A DNA stretch of 61,091 bases, taken from positions 1-61,091 of IMG/VR virus record IMGVR_UViG_3300021335_000017; one strand, written 5' to 3'. Made by a program: the position numbers and the translations under genes. Shown here piece by piece: positions 54,533 to 61,091 of this stretch; positions within the stretch are counted from its first letter, which is position 1; every line of letters begins with the position of its first letter. The DNA is from a virus (taxonomy: Duplodnaviria > Caudoviricetes). The notes under the pieces were generated by a model. That model saw only the letters and a program-made list of their open reading frames with translations. It had not been told where the DNA came from and searched no databases.

Positions 54533-54775
54533 ATGGCGAAGCCAAAAAAAGTAATAGCTAAAAGACCTGAACCAACAGTTATGGTTGGTAACAAGTCTTA
54601 CAACATATCTGATTTATCAGACGAAATTAAAGATTTACTGTCGTTACACGACGAAGCTCAGGAAAAAGCAGTAAAGGCGAAACGTGAAGCGGCTATACAT
54701 GAAATTGCAGTGGCTAATCTTGCAAACCTAATCGAACAAGAGTTGTCAGAAAGCAAGAAGCCCTCAAAAAAATGA
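54533..54775 (+). CDS. Hypothetical protein
   Basis: Y.ISDLSDE motif; AAGGAG RBS. Confidence 0.6.
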   Translation: MAKPKKVIAKRPEPTVMVGNKSYNISDLSDEIKDLLSLHDEAQEKAVKAKREAAIHEIAVANLANLIEQELSESKKPSKK

Positions 54776-54782
54776 GGCTGAA

Positions 54783-56510
54783 ATGGTTTACTTTAAACGT
54801 AATAAATTTGCAGGGATTGCGCCGGCTGTAGCACCTAAATTGTTAGCAGATCAATTTGGGCAAATTGCTGCAGATGTAGATTTGTCTTCTGGAAAAATAC
54901 TGGGCAGCAAAACTAATGCGGACACTACGTTTTCGATGGAGTCTGACACTAGATCTGTATATCGCTATGAATACGGCACGAGTTCAGTAGAGTATTTACA
55001 GTGGGAAGAAGACGATATTTCTGTGGCTAAAGGTCCTATCCCAGACGATTCTTTTGAGCGTTTATATTGGACAGGTGAAGATTTCCCTCGTATTGGCTGG
55101 CGCTCAACTATCATTGGTGCTGGAGATGTACATCCTTCAGGTAGTTATCGGCTTGGGGTTCCGGCACCATCTAGTGCGCCTACTACAAGCGTATCGGGAA
55201 CTGGCACTGAAGGACTCACTGCGTATGAAGTAAGCTACAGATATACTCTCGTAACAGCAGATGGCAGAGAGGGGCCGCCAAGCCCAGCATCTGTTATTGC
55301 AGAGAAGACTGATGGACAAACTGTTACAGTAAGTATACCAACTCCAACACTTAGTACAGGTAATCATAATTTTGCTGCGGGCTCTCTCAAACGTATATAT
55401 AGATCAAATACTGGCTCTAATAGTACACAGTTTCAGTTAGTTGCTGAAGTGGCTCTTAGTCAAGCCACTTATGCAGATACCAAAGCTAGTTACGAGCTTC
55501 AAGAGGTTATCCCTAGTACGACATGGATAGGTCCTCCAGATGACGATAGCACACTATATCCTGACGGTCCGATGCAGGGTTTAATACCTTTGGCACAAGG
55601 TGTTATGGCGGGTTTTTCTGGCAACAGGTTTTGTTTGAGTGAGGCATTTTTGCCGCACGCTTGGCCAATTTCGTATCGAATAACTACTGATGAGCCGATT
55701 GTAGCTATTGCTGCTAGCAACAACGGCGTCGTAGCACTAACAGACGGCCGTCCTTATTTTATAACGGGCACAGACCCAAGCGCGATGACGGCTATTACTG
55801 TCGATCTTGCACAAGCTTGCGTAAATAAACATAGTGTCGTTGATATGGGCGAGTATGTTTTATATGCAGGCCCTGATGGACTATGCATGGTGCAAGGCGC
55901 ATCAGGCTCAGTTGTTACTGAAGGTATGATTTCAGTTGATTCATGGAATGAAAACTTTTCGCCGACTACATATAAAGCTTTTTTGTACGAGGGTAAATAT
56001 GTTGGCTTTACGGGGGATGCATATAGTTTCATATTTGATCCGACAGGCGGTGAAAATACCCTTACAACTTTTACACATAATCTTGTTAACGCTGCAGATC
56101 ACGACCCTAAAAGCGGCGAGTTATTTTTGTTTAAACAGGGAGGCTCAGTATTAGAGAAGTTTAGGAAAGGTACAACTCGAGCTGATGCTACTTTTAGAAG
56201 TAAGAAATATGTTACTCCTAGTCCGGTATCTATGGGTTGGGTATCTATAGAAGCTGGCGAGTACCCAGTAACTGTAAAAGTCTACGCAGACGAGACTCTT
56301 ATTGCTCACTACGAAATAGATGAACATACAACAGCCGGCAAATTTACACAGACTACTACAGTTCCTAGCGGCATAAGTGCTGGAGTTTTATCTGAGCCGG
56401 TTATGAGATTGCCCGCAGTAGTTGGTCAGGTGTGGGAAGTTGAGGTAATAGGCAAAGACATTGACAGTTATTGTTTAGCTCAAAGTATTGATGAGGTGAA
56501 AGGTATATGA
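54783..56510 (+). CDS. Tail nozzle/stabilisation-like protein
   Basis: F.GIAP, RLGVPAP, EGPPSP, RIYRS and SE.FLPHAWP motifs. Confidence 0.7.
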   Translation: MVYFKRNKFAGIAPAVAPKLLADQFGQIAADVDLSSGKILGSKTNADTTFSMESDTRSVYRYEYGTSSVEYLQWEEDDISVAKGPIPDDSFERLYWTGEDFPRIGWRSTIIGAGDVHPSGSYRLGVPAPSSAPTTSVSGTGTEGLTAYEVSYRYTLVTADGREGPPSPASVIAEKTDGQTVTVSIPTPTLSTGNHNFAAGSLKRIYRSNTGSNSTQFQLVAEVALSQATYADTKASYELQEVIPSTTWIGPPDDDSTLYPDGPMQGLIPLAQGVMAGFSGNRFCLSEAFLPHAWPISYRITTDEPIVAIAASNNGVVALTDGRPYFITGTDPSAMTAITVDLAQACVNKHSVVDMGEYVLYAGPDGLCMVQGASGSVVTEGMISVDSWNENFSPTTYKAFLYEGKYVGFTGDAYSFIFDPTGGENTLTTFTHNLVNAADHDPKSGELFLFKQGGSVLEKFRKGTTRADATFRSKKYVTPSPVSMGWVSIEAGEYPVTVKVYADETLIAHYEIDEHTTAGKFTQTTTVPSGISAGVLSEPVMRLPAVVGQVWEVEVIGKDIDSYCLAQSIDEVKGI

Positions 56511-59263
56511 GTTCGAACCCTACTAAAGTTCCCGCTATACCGCGACCTCCAAACGACGTTAGTCCGGAAGTTAGACGTTATCTTGAATCTGTACAAGAAG
56601 CATTAGAAATTCGATTAGGCCGAAGAGGCGAGCCAGAGGATAGAGCGGTAACTCTTCGAGAACTTATTGATAGCGGTTTAGCCAAAAGTCTTAACTCTGC
56701 CCCTTTTGACCCGAACAATATATCAGCTAATAACTTAGGTTTTTCTAGTTCTGTAGTTGATGCACTAGACTCTACTATACCGCCAGCTGTTACTAATTTT
56801 ACTGCGAGCGGTGCCTATAGCGTTATTAATTTAAGTTGGTATGTTGACCATAGTTTGACATTTCTTGCTCATGCTGAAATATGGCGTGCTGACACTGATG
56901 ACTTTGGCGAAGCTCAGTTTATTGACATAGCAACAGGATCTAAATATTTAGACCCTGTAGGCGGCGATCAAACTAAATACTATTGGATACGTTTTGTGTC
57001 ACAAGCTGGAGTATTTGGCCCTTTTAATGATGGCGATGGGACAGAAGCTTCCACAGCAACAGATGTAGCTCATGTCTTAAACGTATTAAATGAAGCTATA
57101 ACTTCATCTGAGTTAGCACAATCTTTAAGTGCGCCAATTGGTAATTTACCGTCCGACACAGCGGGAGCAATTGCTACTGCAGAGCAAAAAATTGATGCCA
57201 TAAAAAACACGCCTGCGTGGGCTGCAGATAACGATTATGTAATTGGTGATTTGGTTACCAAAGATAGCAATCTTTACTCCGCATTAACTGATCACACATC
57301 AACAGCTGATAACGCCCCCGATACCGAAGATGAAATAGAAGATACAACAGAGTGGAAACATATCGGTCAATACGGCAGTCTTATAGACGTAATTGCACAA
57401 ACTGAGACTACGAGAGCTACATTAAGTTCTGACTATTTAACTACTACTGATACTAATTCAGCTATAGCAACAGCTACAACTGGTTTGGTTTCGTCGACTG
57501 ATTTAGGTAGTTATGTTACTACTGCTACGCTTACTTCTGACTACATGACTTCAACTAGCACTAATTCAGCTATAGCAGCAGCTACTACGCTGCTTGAGTC
57601 TGAAATTGGTGGTACTTTTGAGCCGGGAACTACTTACGATTTTACCGGTTCAAACACACATGGGTTTACTGGTATACGAGCTACGTTAACTGCTGGCGCT
57701 AACTACCTGACTTATGAAGAAACCAGTGCGGATGCTAGTCTTAATTTAGTGGATGCGGTTGGCACTATCGATGGTGCTACCGACAAAATTGTTAGGGTAA
57801 AAATAAAACGTGTTGCCGGAGGTTCTGATTGGCAGGGTTGGCTTAGATACTCACATTCGGGCTCGACTCAAGTTTCGTTTGCTAATCAGACGACATACGT
57901 TCAGATTTCTGACCCTACAACTACAGATGAGTGGGTAATTGCTGAGTTTGACATGACTAACGCTCCCGGGTGGGATAATACTGTAGATGATTTGCGTTTT
58001 GACTTTGGTAATACGGGGGCAAGTGAGTTCCACATAGAGTGGATAAAAATTGGCGCTACTAGTAAGACTTTAAGTGCAGCTATCCAGACGCAGCAATCTT
58101 CTATCGACGGGGTTGAGGCTAATTACACTGTTAAGATAGACAATAACGGATCTATTGCTGGTTTTGGTCTTGCGTCTACTACTAGTGATTCTGGGAACGT
58201 AACCAGTGATTTTATGGTAGCGGCAGATAAGTTTTCACTTATGCCGTCAACTGATAGCGCAATTGCAGATTGGGCAAACGCTACAGCCTACGTCGTCGGT
58301 GACCAAGTTAAGTCTAATGACAATTACTGGGTGTGTATACAAGCCCACACTTCTGCAAATGCTAAAAAACCTCACGTAGCTGGCGGAGCAGATTACTGGA
58401 ACCAAACGGACAAAACACCTTTTTCGGTACTTACATCGGCTCAAACTGTAACTGTCGGTGATGAAACCGTGACAATTGACCCGGGTGTTTATATAGATGC
58501 TGCTTACATTAAAGATGCGGATATTACTGCAGCGAAAATAGGGGAGATTAATGCCGACAGTATTACTTCAGGTACATTAGATGTCACTAATCGTATAAGT
58601 GCCTCTTCTATAGAGGCCAGCAAGATATTGCTTGATGGCACTACAATGACCTCTACAACAATTGTCGGAGGCGTTAATGACGGTTTGACTGCTCTTAAAG
58701 TAGGTGCAATTAGTGCTAATGCAATAACTTCAGGGACTATAAACGCTGGCCGACTAAATCTGGGCTCTGGCGATGAGGCGATGCTTACTGCTGGGGGTAC
58801 TGGCAATAATGTCGTTCAAATTAAGGATTTAGCAGTAGATACGCTTCAATTAGCTGACCAAGCAGTAACAATACCAACTGGTGCATACACAGCAGGACAA
58901 TACGAATGGTCAGCAGCTGGTTATAAAGACCTGCAAACAATAACATACTCGCAAACTGCTGTTCCTATTGCTCTATTTTGGTCTCTTACTTGTAAACTTA
59001 GCTCATGGGGCGATGATGATTTTGAAACTCCAGCAACATTCCATGTACGAATATTAAGGAATAATGTGGAGCTGGTAACATATGATAATCTTTTTCCTAC
59101 TTTCAGCACAGGCGGTATCACGAGAATGGCGGGCGCTACGAATATACATACCGGTAGTGCTGGAACAGTTACTTATAAGCTGCAAGCAAAAGGAACAGGT
59201 ACATCATTCAGAAAAGCTAGAGTTACTTCTAGAAGTATGGTTACAATGGAGTTAAAGAAATGA
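56507..59263 (+). CDS. Tail fibre / host-specificity protein (FN3-like, CBM-like, DUF1983-like)
   Basis: AEIWRA...YYWIRFV; two W..A..Y..GD.V modules; SDY.T...TNSAIA repeats; YTVKID.NG.IAGFGL. Confidence 0.85.
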   Translation: MSSNPTKVPAIPRPPNDVSPEVRRYLESVQEALEIRLGRRGEPEDRAVTLRELIDSGLAKSLNSAPFDPNNISANNLGFSSSVVDALDSTIPPAVTNFTASGAYSVINLSWYVDHSLTFLAHAEIWRADTDDFGEAQFIDIATGSKYLDPVGGDQTKYYWIRFVSQAGVFGPFNDGDGTEASTATDVAHVLNVLNEAITSSELAQSLSAPIGNLPSDTAGAIATAEQKIDAIKNTPAWAADNDYVIGDLVTKDSNLYSALTDHTSTADNAPDTEDEIEDTTEWKHIGQYGSLIDVIAQTETTRATLSSDYLTTTDTNSAIATATTGLVSSTDLGSYVTTATLTSDYMTSTSTNSAIAAATTLLESEIGGTFEPGTTYDFTGSNTHGFTGIRATLTAGANYLTYEETSADASLNLVDAVGTIDGATDKIVRVKIKRVAGGSDWQGWLRYSHSGSTQVSFANQTTYVQISDPTTTDEWVIAEFDMTNAPGWDNTVDDLRFDFGNTGASEFHIEWIKIGATSKTLSAAIQTQQSSIDGVEANYTVKIDNNGSIAGFGLASTTSDSGNVTSDFMVAADKFSLMPSTDSAIADWANATAYVVGDQVKSNDNYWVCIQAHTSANAKKPHVAGGADYWNQTDKTPFSVLTSAQTVTVGDETVTIDPGVYIDAAYIKDADITAAKIGEINADSITSGTLDVTNRISASSIEASKILLDGTTMTSTTIVGGVNDGLTALKVGAISANAITSGTINAGRLNLGSGDEAMLTAGGTGNNVVQIKDLAVDTLQLADQAVTIPTGAYTAGQYEWSAAGYKDLQTITYSQTAVPIALFWSLTCKLSSWGDDDFETPATFHVRILRNNVELVTYDNLFPTFSTGGITRMAGATNIHTGSAGTVTYKLQAKGTGTSFRKARVTSRSMVTMELKK

Positions 59264-59658
59264 TTAATTATATTGTTTATAACAATGAGGGCGAGATTCT
59301 TAGAACTGGCACTTGCAGTGCAAACGATATGCATTTGCAGGGTGGACCAGATGAACACGTTATGGAAGGTATCGCAAATGATGTTACGCAAAAAATATTT
59401 GATGGCAACATTGTCGATAAAAACGAGACACCGGCACCAAGAGAACAACTACTTAGTGAGTGTATGGAGTCCTTAAGATTTTTGAGAAATAAGAGGTTAG
59501 CAAGTTCTGACTGGACACAAGTAGCTGATTCTCCTCTTACCGAGTCTAAAAAAGCTGAATGGGCTACTTATCGTCAAGCTTTACGAAACTTGCCTAGTCA
59601 ACATTTAGAAACTACAGATATAGCATCTGTTGCATGGCCTTCTCGTCCTACTTCGTAA
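59260..59658 (+). CDS. Tail fibre assembly chaperone (repeat copy)
   Basis: Identical protein to 1524-1922. Confidence 0.85.
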   Translation: MINYIVYNNEGEILRTGTCSANDMHLQGGPDEHVMEGIANDVTQKIFDGNIVDKNETPAPREQLLSECMESLRFLRNKRLASSDWTQVADSPLTESKKAEWATYRQALRNLPSQHLETTDIASVAWPSRPTS

Positions 59659-59979
59659 AAAATAGCATACCGGTTATTAATATAAGTTATTAGTAATACT
59701 AATATTTTATTAATATAATATCGCCTTATCTAATGAGGCTCCCCAATGATTACTTATATGCTGGCGTTTGCTATCGCATCGCTATCTCTTATTGCTGTTG
59801 ACGATTTAAAAATAAGTCGTAACTCACGATCCTGTGACAACTGTGACACTGTCACAATGAAAAATAATGAGAAACAAAATATATCGAAATATCATGAACT
59901 TAGGAATTTCCTATCTCGTAGGGGAAAATAAACTAAATAGAACTTAAGTAATTGATAATAAATAAATTATTTGATTTTA

Positions 59980-60006
59980 AGGGTTCGAATCCCTCCTTCA
60001 CCGCCA
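59980..60006 (+). other. att core (tRNA-Ser 3' fragment), repeat copy
   Basis: Same sequence as 2244-2270. Confidence 0.85.
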
Positions 60007-60088
60007 ATTCCTAGACCCCTTGAAATACAGGGGTTTCAAGTGCATGATACCCTCCTTGTCACACATATGTCACACCTAGGAGGGTGCA

Positions 60089-61090
60089 ATGGCTACAATT
60101 AGAAAGCGTGGAAGTAAGTATCAAGCGCAGATACGCGTTAAAGGATACCCCCCACAGTCTAAATCTTTCGCTACACAAGCAGCTGCTAAAGCTTGGGCAC
60201 GTCGTGTTGAGTCGAGCATGGACAACGGATCATGGATCGATACCAGTGAATCACGGTCAGTGCTCATTGACCAGATGGTTGATGATTTAATACTAAGCTT
60301 TGAAAGGTTTGGTATTGAAGTACCTAAGACAAAGATATCCCCCCTAAAACAAATCGCACGCTTTTTTGAAGGCAAATCGATACATGACCTGACAGTTGAT
60401 GAGGTTTTAGATTTTGCAGCTGAGAGGCGTAAAACGGTGTCTGCTAGTACACTTCAATCGCAAATGTACTATTTTAGACAGACAGTTAAAAATTCTAGGA
60501 TAAAGTTACAAGAAGATGTTGTTGAGATAGCTATTGCAGAGCTTATTAGAAAGAAAATTATATTAGGCAGCGTGTGGCGAGACAGACGGCTTGAGCTTCA
60601 TGAATACGTGCTTCTTATGAAAGCAGCTAAAAAGCATTGGATTAGGCACGCTATAGATATAGCAATAGAGTCTGGGATGAGACAGGGCGAAATTCATGCT
60701 TTAAAAATTTCAGATATAGATTTTAAAAAGGGAGTTATTAAGGTTTTAAGAAAAGATCCTAAGTCTGAAGGAGGTAAAAAACTTTGTAAAATACCGCTGT
60801 TAAAGGGCGTGAGAGAGGCGATCCTACGTGCACAGAATGATATTGGTGAAGGGGACAAGTTGTTTAGAGTAAAGAAAAGCGGGTCGATTTCTGACAAATT
60901 TGCGGAGCTTAGAAAGAAAGTTGGTATTACTAATTTAACCTTCCATGATTTGCGTCACGAAGCTATCTCGAGGATGTTTGAAAGAGGCATGTCTGTAGAA
61001 CAGGTTAGGCTGGTCAGTGGACATTCTAGTCTTGACCAGCTTTCCCGGTATACGAATCTTAAACCTGAAGATGTTGCTAAGAAGTACTAA
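60089..61090 (+). CDS. int: Tyrosine integrase (repeat copy)
   Basis: Same as 2353-3354 except one A->G substitution (KKSAS vs KKSGS). Confidence 0.96.
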   Translation: MATIRKRGSKYQAQIRVKGYPPQSKSFATQAAAKAWARRVESSMDNGSWIDTSESRSVLIDQMVDDLILSFERFGIEVPKTKISPLKQIARFFEGKSIHDLTVDEVLDFAAERRKTVSASTLQSQMYYFRQTVKNSRIKLQEDVVEIAIAELIRKKIILGSVWRDRRLELHEYVLLMKAAKKHWIRHAIDIAIESGMRQGEIHALKISDIDFKKGVIKVLRKDPKSEGGKKLCKIPLLKGVREAILRAQNDIGEGDKLFRVKKSGSISDKFAELRKKVGITNLTFHDLRHEAISRMFERGMSVEQVRLVSGHSSLDQLSRYTNLKPEDVAKKY

Positions 61091-61091
61091 G

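Larger units (their letters stand above)
1..61091. mobile_element. Complete temperate tailed phage genome (unit length 57,736 bp, podovirus-like)
   Basis: Terminase, portal, capsid, tail, lysis, PolA, primase-helicase, integrase and attP are all present. The ends overlap as a direct repeat and no host housekeeping genes are seen. Confidence 0.96.
57737..61091. repeat. Terminal direct repeat, copy 2
   Basis: Matches 1-3355. Confidence 0.97.

Overview
This window is a complete temperate tailed-phage genome of 57,736 bp, plus a 3,355-bp terminal direct repeat (1-3355 = 57737-61091) whose two copies differ by clustered SNPs. The host is probably a marine gammaproteobacterium (inferred). The left end holds the end of a tail fibre gene, attP (3' end of a tRNA-Ser), a tyrosine integrase and an excisionase. 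A minus-strand early/replication arm (about 3.3-22.8 kb) encodes a lambda-CI-like repressor, nucleases, an SNF2-type helicase, a primase-helicase, CsrA, PolA with Leu762, a small SutA-like protein, an AAA/Nmad5/VWA trio and many small ORFs. A symmetric iteron array (probable origin) sits near 22 kb. A plus-strand podovirus-type virion arm (23-59.7 kb) encodes terminase, portal, an N4-gp56-type capsid, ejection proteins, lysis genes and tail proteins. The main unexplained signals are: (i) five tandem small H-type pseudoknots in the capsid mRNA leader; (ii) 13 copies of a 17-bp palindrome (core ATTAG-N5-CTAAT) across early and late regions, several embedded in sigma70-like promoters; (iii) two intergenic pseudoknot RNAs with the same architecture but different sequence; (iv) a three-gene cassette of exported/membrane proteins inside the head module; and (v) a 1,732-aa tail-module protein with cohesin- and dockerin-like domains and about 134-aa super-repeats. 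All family assignments come from motif recognition by eye; no database searches were run.
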